Source: Microthyrium microscopicum
Lineage: Eukaryota
Reading direction: 5' to 3'
Assembly: GCA_010405405.1 (NCBI GenBank)
Contig: MU004243.1
Location: 429,340-493,339 of the forward strand
DNA length: 64,000 nt
Made by a program: the position numbers and the translations under genes
Shown here: positions 24,206-37,104 of the stretch, piece after piece
How the letters are laid out: every line of letters begins with the position of its first letter
Numbering within the stretch: position 1 is the stretch's first letter
The notes under the pieces: generated by a model
Database searches by the model: none
Seen by the model: the letters and a program-made list of their open reading frames with translations, nothing else
Told to the model about the DNA's origin: nothing

Positions 24206-24954
24206 AAACCCAAGGAGAGGATAGATTGGCAAGGCAACTGAAGAAATTACAGTCCGAATTGGGTCCTGAATTTCAATAGTACCATCTTGGCTGGCTGAAT
24301 CTCCCATTGCTACTTTGCAAGTCTATGTATCGTTAGAACCACAATCAAGTCCCATTACTACTGATACTACTGTGCTTGGTGTTTTCAAGTGCACTAGGAA
24401 TCATAGCATGTTCTCAGTAGTATAGAGTACAATAGAGGATCAAGCACTATTCCTTTAGTAAACGCGATGGTAAATACTTGCATCGATAGGCATTTGGTTG
24501 AAAAATGGCTTTGCGCCTGCAGTTCGACATCTTAGTATGAGAATAAAGAATTAATCAATACCTCTGTAGCAAGCGCGATGGTAGAAACCCACTTCTATCG
24601 GCATTTGATAGTTTATCACCTTGCGTCTGCAGTTCAATATGAGAAAGATACGGAACCACAATCAAGTCCCATTACTACTGACTACTACTCTACTCCTACT
24701 TCTGTGAATGATACAGCCTCATACCCTCACAAAACAACTATAAAAAAGTTACGACAAAGTGTGTTCGCTTGTAACAACTCCCCCGAAAATATTACGACCC
24801 AGCACAAACAACAAAAACGCCTGCTAGCACTACACTGCCGTCCTTCAACAACAAGTATACATGAGAAAACAAAAGCCCAATCGCTCTATCCGTTCTTTTT
24901 AAAGTAGTATCGCAACCCCTTCTACTGACGCTTTGGGGACCTATGAGATGGTGC

Positions 24955-26614
24955 TTATAGCAGCATCTTCAATGGATCCTCCACAATCTTCTTAAGCTCA
25001 CGCATGAAATCGCCACCAACAGCACCATCCACCACCTTGTGATCAAAGCTACCACTCAACACAATCTGCTCGTCCCATTTTACACCCGCCTCGCCGTCCA
25101 GACTCGTATCTGGCACTGCAACCTTCTTGACTGTGCCAACAGCCACGATGGCCGCTTGAGGTGGGTTGATGACAGCCGTGAAGCGATCGATGGCATCGTT
25201 CATGCCCATGTTGCTGATGGTGATGGTGCCTCCTTGGTACTCCTCCGGCTTAAGCTTGCCATCGCGTGCACGCTTACCGAGATCTTTGACTTTGGCGCTG
25301 ATTGCTTCGAGACCGGCTGCATGTGCGCCCTTTACGATTGGGGTCATTAGACCAATTGGTGTAGAGACGGCGACGCTGACGTCGACGGTGTTGTGTTTGC
25401 GGATAATGACTTCACCGCCCTTCTCCATCCATGAGGAGTTGGCGGCGGGGACTTTGAGGGCAGCGAGCGCAAGTGCTTTGACAAGGAAATCGTTGACGGA
25501 GAGTTTGTATGCGCCAGCAGCGGAAGCGTTGAGAGCAGCACGAAGTTTGAGCAACTTGCTGACGGATACGGTGGACTGGACAAAGTAGTGTGGATTCTTC
25601 TGCGTGCTTTCCGTCAGACGGGATGCGATGGTCTTGCGCATGGAGGTTGCGGGTGTATCTTCGTATGAAGCGACGGCCGCGCCAGCGGGAGCAGAGCCTT
25701 GGGTATCACCACCCTTGAATTTCTCAATGTCTTCGGTGGTAATTTGACCGCCTTTACCGGAGCCTTTGAGGGAGCCGATCGGGACGCCCTTTTCGAGAGC
25801 GAGGCGTTTGGCTGCAGGTGAGATTTTAGGTGCGCGGTCGAGCGAGGTTTCTAGGCGGGCGCCGGTGGAGGTGGACTCTTGAGCTGTGATGCCGGATCCA
25901 GCGCTCTCGCTAGACTCGGCCGTCTCGTCTTTCGAGGACCCGGATTCTTCTGATGATGATTCTTTCTTGGGAGCTTCTTTTTTGGGTGCTTCACCGCCTG
26001 CGTCGTCCAAGGTGAACGACTCGAAAGCAGAAACATCTCCACCCTCTTCAATGAGAACAGCAATGGGCTGAAGATTTAGTTAGAGCGTCCTATTGAAAGA
26101 GTAGTAAAGTACGTACCGCTCCGACTGGCACGTCCTTGCTACCTTCTTCTTTGAGAATCTTGGCAAGTACACCGTCATCTTGAAATTCAAAGTCCATCTG
26201 TGCTTTGTCTGTTTCAATGCTGACAAGAACATCACCCGGAGCAAGAGTATCTCCAGGTTTCTTATCCCAAGCTCCAATGTTACCGCTCGTCATGGTTGGG
26301 GATAAGGCAGGCATGTTGATGACCTGATGGCTCGGGAAAGCTATAATCGTAATGAATTAGCATGACATGTTCCATTTGCTCCAGCTTCGTGTATCGCGAG
26401 AGGTAAAGACCAACATTTTGAGGCATAATATCTAGAAAGTGCGGTGAAAGCTGTTATCCGATGTCTGTCAACACAACGTCAGCATACGGTCCCGATAGGC
26501 AGAACAAAGGGGTCGGATAACGCACCTGGAGCCAAATGAAGCTATGGAAGGACAGGCAGCTGGTCGGACAGCAGCTCTAGAGACCAATTGAGCGGATAAC
26601 CGCGATATACTCAT
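24955..26614 (-). CDS. LAT1: Pyruvate dehydrogenase E2, dihydrolipoamide acetyltransferase (mitochondrial), 4 exons
   Basis: Presequence [18 protein letters not shown]. Lipoyl domain [20 protein letters not shown]3/E1-binding ISPAAKRLA. Catalytic [10 protein letters not shown]. Confidence 0.95.
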
Positions 26615-27276
26615 GGTAGAGGCCATGATGTTGGATGGTTGTATCGGAACAGGGATATCGGGAGAAGCGGAGACAGGGAGGCAAAAGACCGGAGTTGCTC
26701 GATGGCTTGAGCAGAGCAGAGGAGGATGGGAAAGAAGTCAATGGCTAGAGCCTGAATCGAGGGAGGAGGAGTAGAGAGGAGAAGATTGTGATTGTTGAAG
26801 ACTGAAGAAAAAGTTTTGAAGATGGAAAGTTGATGATCAATGGCTCGGAGAACTGTGGAGCTTTGGCTTTGGCAGAGAAGGAGCTCAAAGCTTGGACCCC
26901 TCCCCGTCCGCCTCCACTCTCCGTTCTCTTCAATTGATATTGAGATCAAGATGCAGACAGTATTGTCCTGCGCGCAACCCGATTGGAAATGAGTTCTTGA
27001 GATTCACTGAGGCTTCAAAAGTGCCTCCGATGAAGCTAGTCGACATCACCATTTAGTACAATCTCAACCATGTCTACACACACTCTTGGAAATACCAACA
27101 ACAAGCTTCTATGCAAGTACCTTGATTGTATTATTACCTGATACCTTGGACTAAGAACGACTCGAATACAAGTGATCGAGCCTCATATCCATCATCAGTA
27201 CCCGTCGTCCTCATCATTGCCGTAAACCATCCATTGCCTATAGCACTAGCAATCCCCCAGCATTTAAAAAACCCGC

Positions 27277-28380
27277 TCAATTCTCATTCTCATCATCCTC
27301 GTTCAAATTGGTCTTGCGCACCTTATCGGCGACGTACTCCTCAATGTACGCATCCATGGGGTGCTACAATCTCAAGTTATTAACAACATCATGGCAGAAG
27401 AGGGTGGGGAACATACGTAAGCCGGATTCTTGCCCCATTTGCTCTTAGCAGGAGGAGGAGGAGCACGACGTGGTGCTGTGGTGCGTGTGCGGCTGGACTT
27501 GGTGGTGATGTTGTTCCATTTGTTGGCAACAGCGTCTTCATCGATGACCTTGCCGCTACGAGTTGTGTAGGTAGATGGAGCAGCCTTGACCTCATCACCT
27601 GGTTGATTTTCATCCTCGGCATCGCTGTCCGGACCGAACATATTCTTGAGGCGTGACTTGTCAGCCTTAGATGCCTGCTCGGAAGAAGCAGTGGCAACAG
27701 TGGCCCAAGATTTGGAAGTCTTGGTGTTGGAAGCCGCGGTGTTTGAAGCCAATTCAGCTTGGGTGTCGGTTTCGGTCTCAGATGGAGTTGCATACTGAGA
27801 GTCGGAAGGAGTAGCATATGGGTTGGTCGTCATGGAATCCTGTTGGGACTGGGTTTGGGTGATGATGCTTGAGGCGTCATCGCCCTGGCTACCATTGTCC
27901 TGGGTGTCGTCTTCAAATCGCCAGCTTTCTGCTTTCAGGGCACCCATACGGGTGTCACGCTCCCACTCGTGCTCCTCGATCCATTTGCAAAGCTTACATT
28001 TCTAAGAGCCATTAGTACACTGATTTGTCATCTTGGCTACGATTGACTTACGGCATTGTCGGGGTCCTTTTTGGCATTGTTGGAGAACTCATCCTTGCAC
28101 TTGGTGAGCTCACATTGGACGCATTCAAGAAAGCGGTTTGCTTGGTTCTCAGCAGTGGTACACTCGAGACAACGAATGTAGCCACGATAACCGCCTAGCA
28201 GAGCTTGCTGGGCGCGGGTCATTTGTCCATCGCTGTACGCATTGAGTGGTCGAGGGCGGCGGCATCCCCAACACAAGAAGCTTGAACACAGTTAGCACAT
28301 TGATAAGGGTCACGGGGTACGGCTGCTCACCCTTGAGACTGAGCGGGGTTAATAACCACGGGCGCTCTCTTAGGAGGCAT
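27277..28380 (-). CDS. Stc1-domain (tandem Zn-finger) protein with acidic disordered tail, 4 exons
   Basis: MPPKRAP../CWGC..YSDGQM..CLEC..CVQC..KCKDEFSNNAKK../KCKLC: four CxxC pairs with the 'FS..Q' spacing of the Stc1 family. Last exon HPMDAYIEEY..ENEN*. Confidence 0.7.
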
Positions 28381-29072
28381 TTTTGATTTGTGCTGTTGTT
28401 TGGTGCTGTTGCTGGTGATGTGCTGGAGCTGTTGCGCTCTGAGAGGTGCGGAATGAGAATCAGAATAGAGCTCGAAGGCCCAATAGGAAGAAACGGTAGT
28501 GACTAGACTGAATTAATAATCAGAAGAATACCGTGCGAAGGACAAACTCAAAGTTTGGACCTTGACGATAGATATGGAGTTGTGTGGAGGAGAGGTGGGA
28601 GGACGCAGGACGGTGGTCCTATAAGTTGCTGGATTTGATTTATAGGCAACAACGCAAATCCCAAAAAGAGATGGAAAGAGCAGGTGTATCTGTATCTACT
28701 CAATTATTGAGCAGGCAAGAGCGGTGTCGTACTGTCTGGGTGATGAGGGGTGAGTTTAAGACTAGTACTCTAAGCAGGAACCCGTCAGTATCGAGCGATG
28801 AGTGGGACTTCAGTCACACCCAATCTAAAGAAAGGAGGTTCCCAGAGAACATGGAAAGAGAGACTAACCCAATCTTAGAGAGATATAATTGTTGAGAGTG
28901 CATGAGAATGTCAAAGGTTCAAAATGTCTCTATCCATTTCAGTGGATACGAAGCTCATGCTAAGGCCAAGTAGTCTTGAAACTAAGGAAACTAGGTGCAA
29001 ACTGGTATATTATGAGATATGAACAAAACGGCTACGGACCTGTGGTACATTGCCGGACGAAATCCTTAGAAA

Positions 29073-31240
29073 TTAGAATCCACCGACTCCTCTTACTCTC
29101 TGCACTGCTCCAATTACCCCCTTTGCCCAGGCAAGATGACCCGGGTCGGCACCGATTGCAAATTTTGTCTGATTGCCGTCTTTATCTCGCCAGATTCCGT
29201 CTTCTGGGCTGCCAATGCCGTAAAGATGTGTATCTGTTATGAGTTAGCATGAATACAGGCCGCGAAGTGGTAAGAGACAACAAACTTTGATTTCGATGAA
29301 TACCGTCCTTCCAAGCTGTGCATATCGTCTTGGAGTCAACCATGAGATTGACTTCTTGTGAATGGAACCATGATTGTGCATCTTGGTTACCATTGCCTTG
29401 TATACCAACTTGATCATCGGCGATCAATAGTTTTACTAGGAAATAGTTAGCAATGTTTCACTAGAAAATGGTCGACAAGACATACTGTGACACGTTCGGC
29501 CCTGCTCCTTCTTATGTATGGGGCGATTTTGGTCCTTTGCTGTATACCAGCCCACTTTGAATCGTCTTCTTGTGTCCTCATCTTCGCCTCTAAGATCATC
29601 CGAGATTTTCTTTGCGATCATCTCGTTAGTGCCTCCTTGTCCAGGAAGCAACTCTCCAGCATCATTGTATCCAAGACATACCCAGTACTCGACCTCCACT
29701 CCTCGCTTGACAGCTTTGACAAGCTCGGGAAGCAGTGGTTTAGCGTTGAGATCAGGCGTTTGAATGAAGATTTTCTCCTTGGCATTTCGTACTGCTGATA
29801 GCCATGCTGCATTTTGAGGGACGTCGACTGAAGAATTCGTCGGATGGCCAACAGGTTTTCTGTTTACCAGAGCCATTGGCACTGGCGCATGAGGTGGTAT
29901 TAGCACAAAAGGATTGAAATAATCCTCTGACGATGTCGGGTCAGAAACTGTGGGCTTCTTGTCTGAGTGGGTAGAGATGCTGAGATGTTTGGCGACCAAG
30001 TCAATGTGACTCTCAGTAGCAGTTGGTGCCAAGGTAGATTGCATTCGAACGAACTCTGTTGCTATCGATGTATCGTAATGAGGGTCGCCTGGGTTATGAG
30101 CAGGTAATCTCTCCTGATCCTGCCCAGCAGTGCCGACTGTGCTGGGCGTTTTCTTAACAGTACCAGCTTCATCAAAGATGGCTTTGTAGCTTTCATCCTC
30201 GAAGCTGGGGAATCCGTGGTCTATTGCTCTGGTGTTCAATTGTGGAAGTGGTGGTTTAAGAGCATTGTTCCAAGATATCATGCAGGTGTCGTACAACGAA
30301 TCCACAATTGGACCTTCGATATGAGACATCATCTCTAAGTTCTCGTTCTCCTGTTCTGTAAGTTAGTGACTGATGTATCGAGAGGCAGAGGTTCTTACCA
30401 TGATGTTATTGCTGCACACTAGTCCGAATTTCCTATCCACAACCACAAACTTGGAGTGAAATGTGCCCAGCATTGGTCGATGGTAGTTCATTACTTCCAA
30501 GTCAATGTTTGGGATTTCGCTAGGATCAGGTATCTTAAGTTTGTCTGTTGTGTACTCCTTTGGAGACATCAAAAGATGATTCTTGAGCATTTGCTTTGGG
30601 TTTCCTCTATCAAACATTATTTTCATCACTACTCGTTGTTGTCGTTGGCCCGCTCTTCTGTCGAGTTCCCTAATCGCATCAGTGATAAGTGTGGTAGCAC
30701 CAGATGCAGCCCAGAAGTTAGTGGCAAAGAACACCTCCTTCTCTGCGCGAACTATCAAATTGGACTACAATATCGGATTAGGTATTGCAATTGCTTTGTG
30801 TGTCAGGTTCAACTCACCATATGTCGGCAAACATCCCAGATTACACCAATGATGGTTAGGGGAAGCGTCCCAGTGGCCCCCATAAGGCTCGGGCTGACGA
30901 CGCCTAACAAGGGATCTTTGTCCAGGGTAACGAGAGCATCATGCCAAACTTTCAAAAAGAGATCGCTTGGTCTAGTGGCCCCAAAGTTGCCGCACTGTAG
31001 TGCTCTTTCTAGATCATTATCTGTTGGAACAACATGAATTGGTGTCCTTGAGCCTTGAGAGGGTCTTGGACTTGGGGAGCCTTCAGAGGCATTTTCATTG
31101 CCTGTTGCGACAGCGTGTTTGCCGAATAGTTCTTTGCCTATGGTTGCAGCCGACTTGGTGGGATCTTTGGCAACCTCTGAGCTGATTGAAGGTGTTTGAG
31201 TACACCAGTGATATACTCGGTCGCTAATTGTAGACGCCAT
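29073..31240 (-). CDS. Phospholipase D/nuclease superfamily protein (two HxKxxxxD motifs), multi-exon
   Basis: FHSKFVVVD..SNN and, across an intron, CH/IKLLIADD..GNGNQD..S.EVN. Last exon ends VQRVRGVGGF*. Confidence 0.85.
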
Positions 31241-32149
31241 GTCGCACGGCAGTCTTGTAGGTTGTAGGATGGTGAGAGTCGGGACTGAAATGAAATGTGG
31301 TAGAAATTCGGAGAGAAAGGAATGATGAGCCAAAAGATATTATGGAGTTTGGGCCTTGGGGCTGAGTATGGTAGTTCGCCAATAACCGCGTTCATACAGG
31401 TAGCATGAGCAGCTCTCGAGTCTAATTACTGCCTTGGCACGAACGATGCAAGAAGACGGCCGTCGCCTGTACGGTAGGCCACGTTCCTATGCACGCGAAA
31501 ACCCCGCGTTTACCCATTGTTGGTCTAGATCTCTACAATAGGCTACTCTGGCCCTGTAGCTAAGCGAAAATGACGCTGTTTGCTTCCATGATCTTGGTTG
31601 AGCTTCGCACGTCATAGGGCATAAATTAAGGTTTTTAACCAAGCATTTTTAGCCAAACTTGGCAATCTTGGCTTGGGATTATCTTCAGCCTTGTCAGTCC
31701 AGGTCCAGATCTGCATATATTCCAGAGGTCTCGAAGACCTCGATATAGTAGACGATTTCAAAAATGCTATGATTGAAGTGATAGGTGATGCTCGTTATCA
31801 GGTCTTGACTATCAAGTCAAATCCAGGTCAAATCTACAGTCCTGGAGACCAAGTGAACCAAAAGCTATACCTTATCCGTTCTCTCACCCAGGTCCCCACC
31901 AGATAACAGGTGCAAACCCTATGCCTAAATTAAGAACGTCGTCATTCAGGACTTCATACTTTGAGCGTAAGCCAATGGACCGATTGAATAAATGGCATCC
32001 TGCCATCAACTGTGATGTCTACTGCCGACAGTAACTAGTTTCATTAATCCTCATCGTGTCAAACTGCCAATTATACCCACGGCTCTCATGTCGATTCTTG
32101 ATATCCAACATATCCTTTTTCCAGGTAGAAAGGGGATGAATGGCATAAG

Positions 32150-32960
32150 TAAAAGACCTCCAGTACAGGCTCTTACAAGCATTTGAATCCTCAGTTCAGT
32201 CGTCCCGTACATCCTGATAGTATTGTCGTCCTCTCTATACCAGACCGGTCCATCGGCTACGACGATCGCTTCCGCGTATTCTACCGCCTTCAATAAAATG
32301 TCAAGTCGACAATGCCAAGCACTTCATTGGAAATGTCCTGAAAAGAAACGTTACCAGCCAAATTTCTATGCACTAGCTGGCTAGGAAAGTCACCTGGCAA
32401 TAGCGGTTTCTTCAGTCTCTGCAGTTGCTTCAGAACCGATGTTAATTGGGCAAGGATAGTTTGATCACATCAAGAACTTCCAGGTCTTCCAAAGACTTCT
32501 CGTCCCAAGTGACCTTGTCAGCTCCATACCAACGGTTGAATCGGTTGTCTAAATTGCTGGCTTGTCGTGTACCAACTCTGCAAGATCCGCGAGGAAAGAA
32601 CGGGAAGCCTGGTAGAGTCATCAAAGTGACTTTTCGGTCCAGTCTTGCCGGGAAGTACGGATGATGCGGTCCAGCCATCGAATACATATCTTCCTGGATC
32701 GTCAACTACCCATCTGGGGACTGATAATTGATAGGATGTCGAGAAGCGAGTAGATAGCTTTATCGTTAGCTCAGATACCCATTGTGCCTCAATGTCGTTG
32801 TTAGATGGCTTGTGTATAGTATCGTCAACTTGATAACAGTTGCCTTTGCCGCCTGCTAAAGAATTGGGAGTCGATCTGTTGCTTTGTCCGAAGGCACGCA
32901 TGATTCGCTCGGAGGATGGTGGCGTGCTGACTCCGAAGAAGTATGAAATGCTCTGTCCTG
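32150..32960 (-). pseudogene. Pseudogene of an aminoglycoside-phosphotransferase-like kinase (resembles the TIGR02569-type family)
   Basis: Fragments in several frames: PPSSERIMRAFG..LAGGKGNCYQVDD..KP..EAQW..YVFDGWTASS; NRWYGADKVTWDE; SQLVHRNLAGNVSF (degenerate HGDLxGN); GIVDLTFY*R; EYAEAIVVADG.VW. At least 3 frameshifts and a W-to-TGA stop. Confidence 0.7.
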
Positions 32961-33511
32961 TCACTACGAAAGAGCCTGACTGTACATAGATAGCTGTGAT
33001 CAGATCCAAAGTCAGAATAGTGTATGATGTCAGCTGTGTGGATTTTGGATGAAACACAGGCAACATGTATCCAGACTTGAGACTTCTATATCTGATCTAA
33101 TGTCAAGATAAAGCTAGTGCTCGAGCTTCTGTCCCATGGCATAAATGACTAGAATCGTTCTTGAACTCGCAGGCAAGCACATGACGATGTGACGGACGTT
33201 CCAATGTTGGTGTTGAATTCGAGGTCAACTGACCACTCGAATGCAATAGTTATAGGAAATCTGCTCACCAAGCAGTCTTTTCGACGTTGAAGAAGTCATA
33301 CAAGAATGTAAGAAGCTCAACATTGCATTGAACATCGCGAGGGAGGTCTACCTCAGACGCTAGTACCCAATCAAGCCTAGCGCCCCAGCCAAGCAAGACC
33401 TTCCTTCCGCATCATCATCAAGCAGCAAAGCTCCATCCATCGAGTCGCCCATCAACACCGCCCAACACCAAAAGATGACCCGCCTACCAATCCTTTAGAA
33501 ACGAAAACAGA

Positions 33512-34284
33512 ATGGAGAACCTCTCACTTGAAGACCGCCCGCCCAGCGGCCCCGGCGGCCCACAACAGCATCTCCAACAACCGCCCATGCAGCCCACACC
33601 ACCACCAATGGCACCACAACTCCCACCGCAAATGTTCACGACCGCCGCACAACTCCTCAACCTTACCGACAGTGAGACTCACTACACGCGCGTATATACA
33701 CACACATACAATGATGGCTGACACTGGTGGCTGGGTAGAGAAGTTGATGGTAGTACTACGCGACGGTCGAAAACTCATAGGCGTACTACGAAGTTGGGAC
33801 CAATACGGTATGTTGTCGAATGCGTTTAGTATGGTGGTTTGTGAGGGGTTATGGCTGATGATGGGGAATAATAGCGAATTTGGTGCTACAGGATACGCTG
33901 GAGCGCATATTTGTGGGGGTGAAATATGCAGATATCAAACATGGGTTGTTTATCGTTCGCGGCGAGAATGTTCTGCTGTTGGGTGAAATAGTAAGTTTCG
34001 CCATCTCTCCCAAGGACACATGTGGGGATATCATTATATGCTCGATTGGTTGTGTGTGATTGGGTTCGTGCGATTGGCGAGGATGGTGCTGATTTGTTTT
34101 GTTTCATTAGGATCTCGATCAAGATGATGTGATTCCCGAGCCCTTCACCGAAGTTCCGGCGAAAGAAATACGACAATTACAACGAGAAGAGGAGGCGACT
34201 CGCAAGAAGAAGGAGAAGTCTCGGGGGAAGCTGTTACGGAAGTATGGCTTCGAGCGAGATTTTGGCGGCGATGCTATTATATGA
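33512..34284 (+). CDS. LSM1: Lsm1, Sm-like mRNA decapping activator, 4 exons
   Basis: [68 protein letters not shown].. with C-terminal helix. Confidence 0.93.
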
Positions 34285-37104
34285 TTCCGCTGAGAGAACG
34301 TCATCACTGATTGATATACTTTTGGAATATGCGGTTTGGTGCTTTATCTGTCATTGAGGTCACGGTATTGCAAGCAGGAATTCAAGAGCAGAATATTGTG
34401 AAATGCTCTCCTGTCGCCGTAAATAGTTGTATCAAAACGTTGTCGATTGCGCTGCCGAGAGAATTGTTGAACAAACTCAAAGTATAATATAGTTCGCGGT
34501 TTTTTGGTGATAAAACCAAACATCTACCGTTCCACCATTGGCGAAACGGTGGGCTTAATTGATGAGCTATTGGCCGTTGACACTGGTTGGCCGTCTCCTT
34601 GACACCAAGAACTATGAACAATCTGTTGATCATCCATTGAAACACAGAACTATTACTGCATTTGACTTCATGAGGGTGGCTGTGTAGGTTTGGTATTTTC
34701 CAAGGTTGTGGGGAGAAGTAACGGTTTCTAGAGTACTCTATCCTTCAAATATCTTCAATTTGGGTGTAGAGTACTCGAGTACGGTATGTACTCTACTTTG
34801 GGCAGCGAAATACTGAGCCGATTATCTCTACGACCACCGTACACTAATGGGCTTGAAGACATGAGCGACACAATACTTCTAGATCACGAACATAGAAGCT
34901 ATTCTTGCTTGCTCTAAATATATATTGAGCATCAGAAATTGCAGTGTTAAATGGTTTGATATCGTCAAAACATCTTGCTGAACCATCTTGATCGCAAAAC
35001 ATGCAGTTCATGAGGACAGACCAGCGGCCCAATATTTTCAATCAATAACGCAAACAATTTCAAACCATTACCAAATATAGAAACGAATAGCTTTCTATCT
35101 TGAGCCCTGTGTGATGACAGCCTGACAACACATTGCATACCAAGCCACGATGATCTTACTCTACTCTAGTATCTCACCCAATGCTGTCGAAACTATGGCA
35201 GTAGAAACGACAGTAGCTGATGCAAATGATGTAGACACAATAAAACTCCAATATTTTATCACTTACACCATCTACATTCAATTGAAATGTGAAGAATAGG
35301 GGGAGCTGCACGGCATAAAAGAACAAGTAGGATGATTTCGTTGGAAAACTAAGTTCCTAAGGCCCATGAAAAGCTGCATATACTCTATGACTTACGATTC
35401 TTATTCTAGCTTAGGGGCCTGGAAGCTCTCGAGCAACATGCAGTGGATTGCGTGTGGAGAAAGAAAAATGGAATTTCCGTCTGGTAGATGGAAAAAATAT
35501 TCAAAAGAGCCGAACTACTAATGCATTGAATGCATATGTTCGCACAGAGGCGGCTGCAGAGAAGGGATACATGAAGCATGAGAGGCTGGGGGATAAGTGA
35601 GCAGAGTGACGATCAAGCGTGGCGCGTTCTTGAATTGTTTTTCTGCGCGATGTATCTTTCGCGACACGGAGAATAGGAGTTTGCATTGTATTTGATCAAA
35701 AAGCAATTGAAATTGTATTCTTTTCTTGGAGGTGTAGGACAATTTGCAAAAGCAGCATCAAAAAGAAGTGAGACCTTCCTGTTGTGGTGAGATTGCTGAC
35801 TCAAGCAAAGAAAGAAGGAAATTGTTGAATTGCTTTCTCTCGCAGTGTAAGTACTCTAGTCTGGAACGGTTCAACGGTGGAGTGCCTGAGTTAGCTGGGC
35901 TTTTTGATGTACTGGAGGGATGCATAATGCAGGACTTGCAGCATTGACAATGGCTCCCGCGTAGTGTGTCTCGACATGGGCGCAGGTGTTTCGGTCAGGT
36001 TTAAATAGTTGGCGATGGAACTCTTGGAACGGTGGAGGAGAGCGAGCACGAGCAATATTGGTTTTATTTTGTTGAAGTGAACTGATTTGGTTCCAAACCA
36101 CAAGCTGATACCACGAACGGAACTGATTTGAATCTTTAATCCACAATTGGTTTGAGAAGAGCCGCAAAGATCGACAATCGCAAAGTGACAAGGTCGCAAG
36201 CAGTCAGACGAACAACAATAGAAAGAGTAGTGAGCACGGCAGTCTTTTGATATCTTGCTGATAACTGACCCATGGAATAGGAGCGGTACAGCCCGTTTCA
36301 AGTCTCGAAAAGCCCAGGATATAACAAGGCTTGGTGGTTGTTAAAGTCTTGAAATAGGAATATTGGTGATTGGACTTGCCCTGGTTTGGTTGGAGATCCT
36401 TGAAGACCACACTGGAACGGCAATCGCAGCCAACCAACCACCCTTGTCCCTGCAATAATAAGACAGGCAAAGGCAAGGCAAGAGCACCTGGGTCGTAGAC
36501 TGCAACGGCAACAACACCAAGTCCGACGTTCAACTCCCAGACCTCCCCAGAGCTACCGCCAAAACAACCTCCACGAGCTCCCTTCTTTCTCTACCACCAA
36601 CCCACCTACCCACTTCTCCATCTTCTCCCTACTTCCGGTCCCATCATCATAAATCCTGGCGCCAATTACATTCGCTTCAACAACCACTTCGTCTCCATCA
36701 ATTCTTCTCAAAGCTCCACTACCCGACAACCTTCGCTTGCAATCCCCGGCAAACTCCATCCATTGCTTGTTTACTACCCTTGAATCAGAGCCCACCCTCA
36801 TGATCAACGCCATCACCTATTACCATTCAACACTTGAGCTTCTTTGTTTGCACGCCGACTGAGCATATAACATTCTGTCCATTCGTTCACTCTTTACATT
36901 CACTCTGCAAATTCATTGGCCATTCACTGCCGGCACCCGCTCTCTTCTTTGTCTGGCCCGTCGATGCGCATATCCTTGGCACCCATATTCTAGTCTCCCT
37001 TGATTCTAGCAGATCCAGGCTCAATCGTTCAATCAGCGCTTATCAAGCACTGGTTCCATTAATTCTACGCTAAAAGCAGTCCGTCGCTGAACGAGCTGAG
37101 AAGA

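Noticed and set aside
34300..37000. Several 60-136 aa ORFs and GAGTACTC palindromes in a 2.7-kb gap
   Set aside because: No recognisable domain, consistent splice model or terminal repeats. It may be a decayed gene, but this cannot be supported by eye.
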